From positions 14,358 to 78,357 of IMG/VR virus record IMGVR_UViG_3300012346_000561: a stretch of 64,000 nucleotides of DNA; one strand, 5' to 3'. Positions 18,455-27,510 of the stretch are shown piece by piece; position 1 is the stretch's first letter, and every line of letters starts with the position of its first letter. Position numbers and translations under genes: made by a program. The notes beneath the pieces were generated by a model. That model had not been told where the DNA came from. It worked only from the letters and a program-made list of their open reading frames with translations, and made no database searches. The stretch is from a virus (taxonomy: Duplodnaviria; Heunggongvirae; Uroviricota; Caudoviricetes).

Positions 18455-20599
18455 TTAGGCAAATGTTGCTCCTGTTGGTTCAACTGTGAAATCTAACACC
18501 ACAAATTCGATTGTTTTTGCTGGTTGTATGAAGATTTGTCCTACTAATTGATTTCTGTCAATAACATCTGCTGTATTGTTTGAATCATCCATTACAACTC
18601 TGTAAGCATATAGACCTTGTCTTTGTACTACAGATTCTAAATAAGGGTTTACTGTTGCTAAGAATCTGTTTCTAGTTGCGATAGTATTTTGTTCGAATAC
18701 TAAGTTTCTAGCTTGATCTCCAATAAACTTCTTAAGTTCAATTAACAATCTTCTTACATTTACTCTATCTAAAGCAGATGCTTTTGTTTGTAGAGTTTTT
18801 TGTCCGAATACTGATATACCTGTTCCTGGGAATGTTGCGATTGGGTTAACTTTTGCTGCATAAAGAGTATCTCTTTGAGCTTTGGTTAATTTCAATTCTG
18901 TTTGGATTACTCCTGAAATTCCTCCTCTTACTAAACCTGCTGGTGCAAACCATGGTGCTGTTGCTGCATCTGTGAATGCATATACTCCTGGAATTACTAC
19001 TGAAGCTGGTACCCATACTGTTTTGTTAGCTGCTGACTGTACTTGTAACCAAGGCCAGTAAGATGCTGCGTAAGATGTATTCAAGTCTGCTGCTTGTGTA
19101 GTTGCTGTTGATAGTGTTGCGTTGTGGTTTGTTAAATCTACAACTGCGATACAGTCTCCTCTAGTTTCTGCTAAAGATACGATTGAATCTACTACTGTTC
19201 CGTGACTTGCATTTGTAAGACCTGGTGCTGCAATAACATTGAATTGGTATTCATCTTTATTTTCTAATAAAGTAATTGCATTTGAATAGTTTTCTGCTAC
19301 CAATCCTTGAGTTTGTGTAGAGATGTTGTGGTATAGATTAGCTCCATTTTTAACTGCTCCTGTAGCTCCGTAGAAAGATCCTGATGATACAATTGGTAAT
19401 GATGCTGAGTAAGAAACTCCTGATGCATCTACGTTCACTGTTAATCCATCATTTGCTAAGTAGTTTATTGTTGGTAAACTTACTGAATCTACTACAATGT
19501 AGTTTGATCTGTTTGGATACTCTCCTGATAATCTGTTTACACTTCCGTCAAACGATAATGTTTGATTTCCTATTACTCTCTCAATGTAGTTGTCTGAGTT
19601 TGGATCTAATGAAAGGTTGTTAAATGTTTCTAGGATTACTTTGTTTCCTGTATTATCGTCACCTCTTCTTACAAGTAATGAGAATGTACCTAAATCATCA
19701 TTAACATTTGCAACTTCCCATCTTAGGTTATCTACTGATCCTGATGCTAAAGATCCATCTGCTAAATGTAATCCTGCGTCAGTTGCTGCTGTTGAGTTGT
19801 TGTATAAAGCTCCTTCTCCTATAGTTTTAAGAGTAAACACGTTTGAACTAACTGATGCTTCTCCTCCTCCTAAAATTGCTGCTGGAGTTGCTGATCCTGT
19901 TGCTTGTCCGTATCCTAAGTCTGTGAAGATTCTTAATCCTTCAAGAGCTACTGATCCTGTGAATTGTAACAAGTTAGCTGTACCTGTTACTACTGTTAGT
20001 CCAATCTCTGTTGCTAGGTTGTTCACCATATTTGCAAAAGATGCTGTCCATTGAGCTTTTGTGTACCCTTCTCCTGCACCTGGGCTGAAGTATCCTTGAT
20101 CTGTTTGTGCGTTGTATTGGTTGTAGTCATTTCCTGTTCCCCATGCTACTGATGTTAAGTAGTAGTAGTTATGGTTAGGGTCTACAATTGCGATTGTTTC
20201 ATACGATCCTGTTTCTGTGTTAGTCCATGAACTTATGTTAATCGATGCTGTTGAGAATTTACCTGCTACTTCGTCAACATCGCTTCCGATCTTAGTACTA
20301 GTTGCTTGTGTGTACGATCCTGATACAACTCTTGTTATTAATGCGGTTTGACCTCCTTGACCAAAGTAATTTCTAACAGCCATTGAGGTAAAAAACTCAT
20401 GGTTATCTGATCCTGATTGGAATACAGCTCCAAATTTTCTTACATAATCGTTGTATGAAGTTACAATAGTAGGCTGTTCAATTGGACCTTTTACTGCTGG
20501 TCCTATAAAAGCAGCTCCCGCTGCTATTGGAGCAGGTTGGATAAATGAAATATCATTTTCTCTTGTGTATACTCCTGGAGAGATAATTGATTCTGCCAT
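18455..20599 (-). CDS. Tail sheath protein (gp18-like)
   Basis: SPGVYTRE.D, FIGPAVKGP, PWFAPAG..RG, NPIATFPG, GQKTLQ, RVNVRRL, EFVVLDF. Confidence 0.95.
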   Translation of the reverse strand: MAESIISPGVYTRENDISFIQPAPIAAGAAFIGPAVKGPIEQPTIVTSYNDYVRKFGAVFQSGSDNHEFFTSMAVRNYFGQGGQTALITRVVSGSYTQATSTKIGSDVDEVAGKFSTASINISSWTNTETGSYETIAIVDPNHNYYYLTSVAWGTGNDYNQYNAQTDQGYFSPGAGEGYTKAQWTASFANMVNNLATEIGLTVVTGTANLLQFTGSVALEGLRIFTDLGYGQATGSATPAAILGGGEASVSSNVFTLKTIGEGALYNNSTAATDAGLHLADGSLASGSVDNLRWEVANVNDDLGTFSLLVRRGDDNTGNKVILETFNNLSLDPNSDNYIERVIGNQTLSFDGSVNRLSGEYPNRSNYIVVDSVSLPTINYLANDGLTVNVDASGVSYSASLPIVSSGSFYGATGAVKNGANLYHNISTQTQGLVAENYSNAITLLENKDEYQFNVIAAPGLTNASHGTVVDSIVSLAETRGDCIAVVDLTNHNATLSTATTQAADLNTSYAASYWPWLQVQSAANKTVWVPASVVIPGVYAFTDAATAPWFAPAGLVRGGISGVIQTELKLTKAQRDTLYAAKVNPIATFPGTGISVFGQKTLQTKASALDRVNVRRLLIELKKFIGDQARNLVFEQNTIATRNRFLATVNPYLESVVQRQGLYAYRVVMDDSNNTADVIDRNQLVGQIFIQPAKTIEFVVLDFTVEPTGATFA

Positions 20600-20628
20600 G
20601 TTTTTTAATTAAATTGTTTTGGTTTATA

Positions 20629-20635
20629 ATAAATA
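20629..20635 (-). promoter_or_regulatory. Putative late promoter TATTTAT (tail sheath)
   Basis: 29 nt upstream of ATG. Confidence 0.55.
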
Positions 20636-20696
20636 TCTAAGAATTTTGATAAACCATTTATGCTTATGTGTGGTCTATTTTCTCTAATAAATAGGA

Positions 20697-20718
20697 AAGG
20701 AGAGTCGAAACCCTCCTT
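20697..20718 (-). terminator. UUCG-loop hairpin, likely terminator
   Basis: AAGGAGGGU-UUCG-ACUCUCCUU then UCCUAUUUAUU. Confidence 0.6.
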
Positions 20719-20747
20719 ACATTTTTCCAATAAAAGCAAATATGCAA

Positions 20748-21014
20748 TTACTCTTGCACTTTTTCCTCAGAAGGGATAAACTCCCCTTTTTCAAGATTGA
20801 TTACTCCTTTACCATAAGTAGCTTCTAATGATTGAGCTAACTCACTTTCTTGTTGTTTTAATTCTGCCAAAAAGCTGTTAGCTAATTCTTTTCTTGCCTT
20901 TAGTGCAAGTTTTTGAATTTCAATATTACCAAACTCTTGAGCAACTGCTTGATACTTTTGTTGAATGTCTGTGATTTGATCTAACTGCTCTTGTGTCAAT
21001 TTTGTACTTTCCAT
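20748..21014 (-). CDS. Small coiled-coil protein (possible fibre assembly chaperone)
   Basis: 88 aa, heptad Q/E/L/K-rich. Confidence 0.75.
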   Translation of the reverse strand: MESTKLTQEQLDQITDIQQKYQAVAQEFGNIEIQKLALKARKELANSFLAELKQQESELAQSLEATYGKGVINLEKGEFIPSEEKVQE

Positions 21015-21048
21015 GAAACTTATTTTTATGTTAATCGATTAATACTAT

Positions 21049-21077
21049 ACTATATAAAATTATTCTTCAGTATCCAA
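21049..21077 (-). promoter_or_regulatory. Host-type promoter
   Basis: TTGGAT-N17-TATAGT. Confidence 0.5.
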
Positions 21078-21095
21078 CACTACTTCTTCTTCAAC

Positions 21096-21431
21096 TTACT
21101 CTTCCACTACTGGTGTGTTCCATGGAGCAGGTAGAGTTGCTGTTACTGGGTTTTTGATTAGGTTAATTTGAGAGTCGATGTTTGCTTTGATAGCATCCAT
21201 ATCCATTACAGCCTCTAACCATCCTTCTGCTTGTTCTGGAGAGATTTCCAAGAAGGGAGTGAAGTTTTCTGGGTTAGGAGCTCCTACAGATTGTGCTCCA
21301 TATGTCTCAGCTGTTATACCATCTTCGTCAGTACCTCTGTATCTCCAGTGTATTGTTGTTACTACTTTTTGCATGTTATCTTCGTTTAAGATGCAATCGA
21401 ATGGCCCGATGGCCCATGTGTAATTTATCAT
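21096..21431 (-). CDS. Hypothetical fibre-associated protein
   Basis: 111 aa; YTW.I, VVTTIHWRY, F..F.EI...Q..GW, LPAPW; fibre-module context. Confidence 0.75.
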   Translation of the reverse strand: MINYTWAIGPFDCILNEDNMQKVVTTIHWRYRGTDEDGITAETYGAQSVGAPNPENFTPFLEISPEQAEGWLEAVMDMDAIKANIDSQINLIKNPVTATLPAPWNTPVVEE

Positions 21432-21450
21432 AATTTATTTTGTTTTTTTG

Positions 21451-22146
21451 TTATACTCCTAATACTTTACTTATATTAATTTTAGCTATTGCATCTACAC
21501 TCTGGTAGCTGGCAGCAATTATTCCATTTACTGTTTGTCCATATCCTGTAACCATTGTGTAGTCTAGGTACGGTACAAAACCTGCTTCATTATTGTAAAA
21601 CTCCATATACCCATTTCCTGGAGGGTCTGTGAGGTTTGTGTATAGTTCAGCGTCATAATATGAATCTCTCAATACAAGTGCCATTTCATTTTCGGTCTCA
21701 GCTACAGATAGTGCTGTAGCATTCAGTCCTATATTTTCCCAGGTACTTCCTACTGATGTGAATGGATCTGATGCTTGAGCTCCCCAGAATCCGTAATCTG
21801 TTGTAGCTAGTGCTGTACTCAGGGTTGGAGTTACACCTCCAAGATATACAACAGCATTTGGAGTGTAGACTAAATCGAATATTCCTGTGCAGAATATGTT
21901 TAGGGAAATTGCTGTGAGAGTTCCTGTAATCACAGACGTGTCAAACACTAGGTAACCTCTACTACATGACCATGTTGCACTTCTACCTCCTGCATAGCTA
22001 GCTTGGGTGTATATGAGTTGTCCGTTACTATCTATGGTGGTAGCAGTTCCAAAAGCGTAACATGTCTCTTCCCATGTAGTAAGTGCTTCAGCTTTGGTAT
22101 TCTTTAAGTACCCTCCTTGACTTGTTGTTGCATCTATTGTTGGCAT
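21451..22146 (-). CDS. Beta-rich Thr/Gly virion or fibre-tip protein
   Basis: 231 aa, aromatic/Thr-rich; overlaps MTase stop. Confidence 0.7.
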   Translation of the reverse strand: MPTIDATTSQGGYLKNTKAEALTTWEETCYAFGTATTIDSNGQLIYTQASYAGGRSATWSCSRGYLVFDTSVITGTLTAISLNIFCTGIFDLVYTPNAVVYLGGVTPTLSTALATTDYGFWGAQASDPFTSVGSTWENIGLNATALSVAETENEMALVLRDSYYDAELYTNLTDPPGNGYMEFYNNEAGFVPYLDYTMVTGYGQTVNGIIAASYQSVDAIAKINISKVLGV

Positions 22147-22742
22147 TATAACTGTATTTTTGGTAAGTAGTAAACGTTGTGTTTAAAGTAGTCGTTATCC
22201 GGTATATACGTTTCTGATAGATCTATAACATCGTATGTAACTTCTCCGTTTTGTATCTTTTGCTCATTACCAAATGGATATGGTAGTGGATTCCATAAAG
22301 TAAATCTTCCTCCTTTATTTAATATTGAAGTGCAAAAATCTACTAACCGTCCTATATTATCATCTCCGTATGCATCATAGAAGATTCCATCAAAAGGACC
22401 TCTTTCTTCTATTTGTCCTTTTATCTTATACCAATCTCCTTCTAAAACTGTTACGCCTTCTTGTTTCCTTCCCCAGCCACTTGCTACTCTAGCAATCTCT
22501 GGATGTATCTCAACTATGGTATGGGCTCTAGGTCTGAAGGATTGAATATATCCTGCCGATATTCCCATCCCGTATCCTATCTCTAAAATATTTCCTCCAT
22601 TCTCTGCTACGTACTGTGCTGAAGCATACATGATAGGAGCTTCCCAATCCATCATTACTGCTTTCTCTCCGGTAGGTGATGTAGCGTCTGCGAAGTATAT
22701 CTTACTTTCTTGAAATACTAATTCCCTCTCTATATATCCCAT
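22146..22742 (-). CDS. Class I SAM-dependent methyltransferase, GAMT/Rmt2-like
   Basis: VMMDWEAPIM, GGNILEIGYGMGISA (motif I), HTIVEIHP, EGDW, FDGIFYDAY, GG.FT.WN. Confidence 0.85.
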   Translation of the reverse strand: MGYIERELVFQESKIYFADATSPTGEKAVMMDWEAPIMYASAQYVAENGGNILEIGYGMGISAGYIQSFRPRAHTIVEIHPEIARVASGWGRKQEGVTVLEGDWYKIKGQIEERGPFDGIFYDAYGDDNIGRLVDFCTSILNKGGRFTLWNPLPYPFGNEQKIQNGEVTYDVIDLSETYIPDNDYFKHNVYYLPKIQL

Positions 22743-22743
22743 A

Positions 22744-23991
22744 TTATGCTAATGTAACAAAAGTGTTATCTGGACAGAAGTAAATTTGATCATTTGATAC
22801 ACTTTGAACATATCCAATTATTCTGACAACGTCTCCCGTACCTGATGGTGCTGTTTGTGTGAATCCTCCTGCTGTTACAGAAACATATAATTTTGCACCA
22901 ATTGTTGTAACTCCTGTGTATAGTGAATTTGCTGTAAATCTAGCATGACCTCTCAAAAGCATTCCTACTGTTGAAGCAGTTCCTGTACCGGCTGCAATAC
23001 CTAACAAACCTGTTGATGTTGACTCAAAATCTGCATCTGCAGCTGACCATGTTCCTGTTGAATCGTAGTAGTATAAGTTTCCTGCTGTTACCGATCCTGC
23101 CCCCCAATATGCTATTTCTCCATTTACGTTAGCAGTAGAGATTGAAGCTACATTATAGGTAAGACCGGCAGTTGTTGATAGTATTCCTGCAGTTGTTATA
23201 CTTGCTACAACCTGTCCACTACCTACAGCTTTGAAGGAAGCTATGTTTGTTGCATTAGCTCCTCCTATGACTTGCAAAGCATTTGCTTGAGATGATGAAA
23301 CTATTAATGTATTTCCACTAGTACTCATTAACGTAGTTCCTACTACAGTTAAAGTGTCACTTGGACTTGTCGTTCCAATTCCTACGTTACCTGCGGAAGT
23401 GATTCGCATACGTTCTGTTACTGCGGATGAACCTGCTGTAGTTCCAAACAGTAAAGCTCCATTCCAACTACTAGCACTTCCTTCTTTAATACCTTGAATT
23501 TTTCCAAAAACATATGGAGTAGTTCCTCCTGTAGAATTTGTTCCTCCTAATGCTATTGCTCCTCCTATATCAGCTGCTGCTGTATTGGTCGTAAATATGT
23601 TAACATTTCCGTAACTATCAAATGTTTTATTTGTGTCTGAGATATGTAGTTTAGCTGTTGGTGCTGCTGTTCCTATTCCTACGTTACTTCCAGTTACTAC
23701 TAGTACATTTTGTCCGTACTGTCCTAATACTACTGTATTATTTGCAAATGCTTCTATTACAGGTAAACCTGCAATCGTATTTACTGAGAATAAAGAATCA
23801 GATAGATCATCAGATACTGAGAATAGTCTTCCGTTATTTCCATCTATTGAAAATAAATCTGTTCTTCCAGTTGATCCTGAACCGTATAGGGTTAGTGATC
23901 CAGAAGGATCTTGTGTTAACTTTTCTATGTAATTTAACGAGCTTGTAAAGCTCATTATGCTACTTGCGGGTACTATTCTAATATCTGCCAT
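22744..23991 (-). CDS. Tail fibre-like protein
   Basis: Repeated GNVGIGTT.P...L, ERMRIT..GNVGIG; C-terminal GDVVRIIGY...IYFCPD. Confidence 0.8.
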   Translation of the reverse strand: MADIRIVPASSIMSFTSSLNYIEKLTQDPSGSLTLYGSGSTGRTDLFSIDGNNGRLFSVSDDLSDSLFSVNTIAGLPVIEAFANNTVVLGQYGQNVLVVTGSNVGIGTAAPTAKLHISDTNKTFDSYGNVNIFTTNTAAADIGGAIALGGTNSTGGTTPYVFGKIQGIKEGSASSWNGALLFGTTAGSSAVTERMRITSAGNVGIGTTSPSDTLTVVGTTLMSTSGNTLIVSSSQANALQVIGGANATNIASFKAVGSGQVVASITTAGILSTTAGLTYNVASISTANVNGEIAYWGAGSVTAGNLYYYDSTGTWSAADADFESTSTGLLGIAAGTGTASTVGMLLRGHARFTANSLYTGVTTIGAKLYVSVTAGGFTQTAPSGTGDVVRIIGYVQSVSNDQIYFCPDNTFVTLA

Positions 23992-23992
23992 C

Positions 23993-24334
23993 TTAGTCTA
24001 AGATTTGTAAAGGTGCTGTCCACTCCTCAGTTGATAATATACTAAGAATTTGTTCATGATCATACTCTGTATCACCTTCCTGGTAAATGCTTGGTCTTCC
24101 GTATACTCCTGCAGGAGTTGTATGAGTTTCCTCTTGTCCTGTTTCAAGATTAAGTCCTGTATAAATTTGATCTTCCAGTAGTTCGTTGATTTCGTATTTA
24201 ACAAAAGTCTTAGTACCATCTACAGATAGTCTTAAACTCTCTGGTGATGATTCTAATATCTCATTAAAATTGATTGATCCTGTCATACTGGTTGGTATAA
24301 TCAACCATCTTCTATTTGGAAATTGTGTACTCAT
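23993..24334 (-). CDS. Hypothetical fibre-associated protein
   Basis: 113 aa; SLRLSVDGTKTFVKY, ILS.EEWT. Confidence 0.75.
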   Translation of the reverse strand: MSTQFPNRRWLIIPTSMTGSINFNEILESSPESLRLSVDGTKTFVKYEINELLEDQIYTGLNLETGQEETHTTPAGVYGRPSIYQEGDTEYDHEQILSILSTEEWTAPLQILD

Positions 24335-24346
24335 ATATAATAAATA

Positions 24347-25528
24347 TTAACTTAAGTTGAATCTTGTTTTATAATGTAAATAATTCTGTCTTATTTCTGC
24401 TGCTGAGAGTGTTCTAGTGTATAGTTTGGCTACAGGTATTTTTATAGCAGAACTGTATGCTCCATCATTTCTTGCTCCTAAGTAGAAAGGTGAAAATTTA
24501 CCTCCATTATATGCACCCCTACTAGTGTCTGTATGAAATAGACTACCGTTAATGTATATGTTAGTAGTGCCGTTGGTAAATTGCCAAATAATGTGATTAA
24601 AATTTTGAGGATTAAAACCTATTGTAGAAGTATTTGTATTTGTCCATCCTGTAGTAGCATTTTGAATTCTATAGTGAAAATATTCGTTATTATAAAGAGA
24701 GAACAAGTACTGCTCTCCAGAGTATGCACCTCCCTGGGTGGATCCTTCAGCCCATACTAATCCTTGGTAGGTACTCTGTATACTTGTAAATTTTACTACC
24801 ATCTCCCAGGTAAAGGAAGGTTGAAAATAGTTACCATCTTGATCTATTCTGATAGAATCACTTGTTCCGTCTAATGATATTTGAGCATCGGAGTCAAAAG
24901 AGGTGCTTGTTAAGTCTATTGTAGAGTTACTCACTAATGGTAAAAGTCCTTGTGTTGCTGAACGAGTGGTATTGGCAGCTGTAAAAGAAGTAGCATGGGA
25001 CTTAGCCTCTACTTGCCAATCTGCTACATAACATGTTCCGTATTGAGTAGTTGTAAAACCTGTTAAATATACCGGAGAAGATGTACCGCTACTTGTTGTT
25101 TGACATAAATACCATCCATCTCCTATTGCAGTAACCGTTACTCCTGGGTAGAAATAACTTGCATCTGTGTAGATATATCCGTTAGAGAAAGCCGGTACTC
25201 TTCCATCAGACCATTTCATTTTCCATGAAAATGTGAATGTTGTACTACTAGTTGCTGTATAGTTTCCTGATCTAGGGTATTTATATAAATTCCACGTTCC
25301 TGTAGATATGCATCTTAACGATGGCCTTCCTCTGTAGGTCACACTGTAGTCAGCTGTTTGACTGGTAAGGGCTACGTAGTCGGCATTGAAAGTTATGCCT
25401 GAAACAACATTAAAAAGTGCTAGGTTAGTTGTAGGTTCTCCTTTAAAACTATTTACAGTATCTGCTACATCGTAAGCAAATACCGATCCTGATGTTATTG
25501 TTTTTCCGTATCCTTGTGCTACTGCCAT
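24347..25528 (-). CDS. LamG/concanavalin A-like lectin protein with inserted carbohydrate-binding-like domain
   Basis: LDGTSDSI, FTWEMVVK, NHIIW, IYING, YTRTLSAAEIRQNY...KTRFNL. Confidence 0.75.
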   Translation of the reverse strand: MAVAQGYGKTITSGSVFAYDVADTVNSFKGEPTTNLALFNVVSGITFNADYVALTSQTADYSVTYRGRPSLRCISTGTWNLYKYPRSGNYTATSSTTFTFSWKMKWSDGRVPAFSNGYIYTDASYFYPGVTVTAIGDGWYLCQTTSSGTSSPVYLTGFTTTQYGTCYVADWQVEAKSHATSFTAANTTRSATQGLLPLVSNSTIDLTSTSFDSDAQISLDGTSDSIRIDQDGNYFQPSFTWEMVVKFTSIQSTYQGLVWAEGSTQGGAYSGEQYLFSLYNNEYFHYRIQNATTGWTNTNTSTIGFNPQNFNHIIWQFTNGTTNIYINGSLFHTDTSRGAYNGGKFSPFYLGARNDGAYSSAIKIPVAKLYTRTLSAAEIRQNYLHYKTRFNLS

Positions 25529-25529
25529 A

Positions 25530-26795
25530 TTATAAACCGTATTTAGCTTTATGCATTTTAAAATTAGCTTCTATCTCAGATGGAGTAAGTGCTACATTGT
25601 GTACTGCAACTTGTGAGATTAAAGTACCTGCTGGTGCTGGGTTACTTCCGTTGTTTGCGTTTCCAATCATAAGAGGTACGTTATTGTTCCAAGTATGTGT
25701 TCCTCCTGAATAGCTTGATGTTCTTAATCCTTGAGCATCCCATACGTAGATGTATCTAGTACTTCCTAACTGCACAGCATTTAGGTAAACCCATTTTCCG
25801 TAATCTCTTCCTGCATCTTTAACAATATACGGAGCATTTGCACTATTCCAAGCCAAAGCCATAAACCCATTTCCTCCCCATCCGTACCCTAAAGCCATTC
25901 CGTATACAGAAGATGAAGACTTTCCTACTATACCACAACTTGCGTCTGACGGTAAGTTTACCCAGCAAGAAAGTGTTTTGTCTCCTGCTATATCTAAAGC
26001 TGTTGAATCTGTTACAGAAACGTAATCGTTACTTCCATCAAAATACATTGATCCTCTTGCTTTAATTGGAAGACCTATATTCATATGTGCTACGTACCCT
26101 GGATTGGTTGTGTAGTTTTCGTATACCCATCCAAAAGCATTTCCTGTTCCTAGACCTGGTTTTCCTACTAAGATCCATTCTGGTGCTCCTATGTAATCTG
26201 AATCAATATACCCTGTAGGCATTCCTAAATCGTATAGGACATTTCTCAGTGTAGATGTGTACCTATCCGCTCTATGTGAACCTACTACAATGTAAGTACA
26301 GTTTGGAAAAGTACTTTTAATTGTATTATAATCTGAGATGAATAGCCCTATTTCGGTGTTATATCCGTTTTCAGCTCCTGTATAGTTGTCGTAACAATGT
26401 CCAAAAAGTCTAAATCCATGAAAATAAGAGTCGGCTATCCACGTTCTGGTATCGTTATTGTATACCCATAGGTGCAATGCTCTACTTGTGTCGTAGGTCT
26501 TTGTTCCTGATCTAACGTCGTACCCTGCTGTAAGTCCGCTTCTTCCAGCTGCATCTCCTCCATAAGAGCTTTCAGGATAGTCGATAGCAAAAGCTGTAAA
26601 AAAATCTCTTCCAGTCAACTTCATACCATTTGCAAATTGGTAAATTGTTCCATCTAGAATATTTTTTATACCCTGATTGGCTGTAGTAAAACCTCCACAC
26701 CCTAAAGGAGTTATTCCCAAAGTAGTATCATTAGTATCTGCTAAAAATACTAAACTCTGTTTTGCTGATATTTTAGGTCCTGATGATGATGGCAT
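25530..26795 (-). CDS. LamG-like lectin protein with inserted domain (possibly ILEI/GG-type)
   Basis: FDGSNDYV, TLSCWV, W.YL.AV, HNVALTPSEIEANF...KAKYGL; insert has IVVGSH and WILVGKPG. Confidence 0.7.
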   Translation of the reverse strand: MPSSSGPKISAKQSLVFLADTNDTTLGITPLGCGGFTTANQGIKNILDGTIYQFANGMKLTGRDFFTAFAIDYPESSYGGDAAGRSGLTAGYDVRSGTKTYDTSRALHLWVYNNDTRTWIADSYFHGFRLFGHCYDNYTGAENGYNTEIGLFISDYNTIKSTFPNCTYIVVGSHRADRYTSTLRNVLYDLGMPTGYIDSDYIGAPEWILVGKPGLGTGNAFGWVYENYTTNPGYVAHMNIGLPIKARGSMYFDGSNDYVSVTDSTALDIAGDKTLSCWVNLPSDASCGIVGKSSSSVYGMALGYGWGGNGFMALAWNSANAPYIVKDAGRDYGKWVYLNAVQLGSTRYIYVWDAQGLRTSSYSGGTHTWNNNVPLMIGNANNGSNPAPAGTLISQVAVHNVALTPSEIEANFKMHKAKYGL

Positions 26796-26796
26796 G

Positions 26797-27510
26797 TTAT
26801 AATCCGTATCTTGTTTTAGTTGCGTTGTAATTTTGTAAAATCTCTTGAGAGGTCAACACTTTGTTGTACATTTGAAACTGGTAGATGTTTCCTATGAATC
26901 TCCAACCTACATTGTTTCCAAATTGAATGCTTCCGTTTGCTACATATATAGTACCTGTAGTTGAAGCTGCAGTTACTGTCCCTATCAGTTGCCCGTTTAC
27001 GTAGTACTTTGTTACTACTCCTGATGCTCTGTCTACTGTGAATACTCTATGGTATATTGTGTTTGTTGTGGCAGTTGTATATGCATATCCTTGTGTGTAA
27101 TTAGTTCCATCACTGGCTTCTATTTGCATATATGAGTTAGAAATTCCCTCTCCTGCCATCCAACCTTTTGCCCCTGATGTTGGATTTCCATAAATTGCAA
27201 AAGGATGAGCACTTCTTGGGTATACTAAATTCGTAGCTTCTACTACTGAGATTAGTGTAAAACTGTTAGAAGGTAGTGTTGAATTTAGTATGGAAGAGCC
27301 AAATGTTATTGTCTCATCCCCTCCATCCATAGTAAAAGCTCCTCTACGTAGTGTACTATATGCAAGTCCATTTACAAGAGTCCCATTACTTCCATTACCA
27401 CTTAAATCGTACCAAGTAGTTCCAGATCCTGGGTATGAATTTATATCTGCTGCATCCAGATGCATGATTAATCCATCCTTTACTATTTTTGGTCCGTATA
27501 CTTCAGCCAT
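26797..27510 (-). CDS. LamG-like lectin protein
   Basis: GL..HLDA....SYPGSGTTWYDLSGNG..GTLVNG, YYVNG, YNKVLTSQEILQNYNATKTRYGL. Confidence 0.85.
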   Translation of the reverse strand: MAEVYGPKIVKDGLIMHLDAADINSYPGSGTTWYDLSGNGSNGTLVNGLAYSTLRRGAFTMDGGDETITFGSSILNSTLPSNSFTLISVVEATNLVYPRSAHPFAIYGNPTSGAKGWMAGEGISNSYMQIEASDGTNYTQGYAYTTATTNTIYHRVFTVDRASGVVTKYYVNGQLIGTVTAASTTGTIYVANGSIQFGNNVGWRFIGNIYQFQMYNKVLTSQEILQNYNATKTRYGL

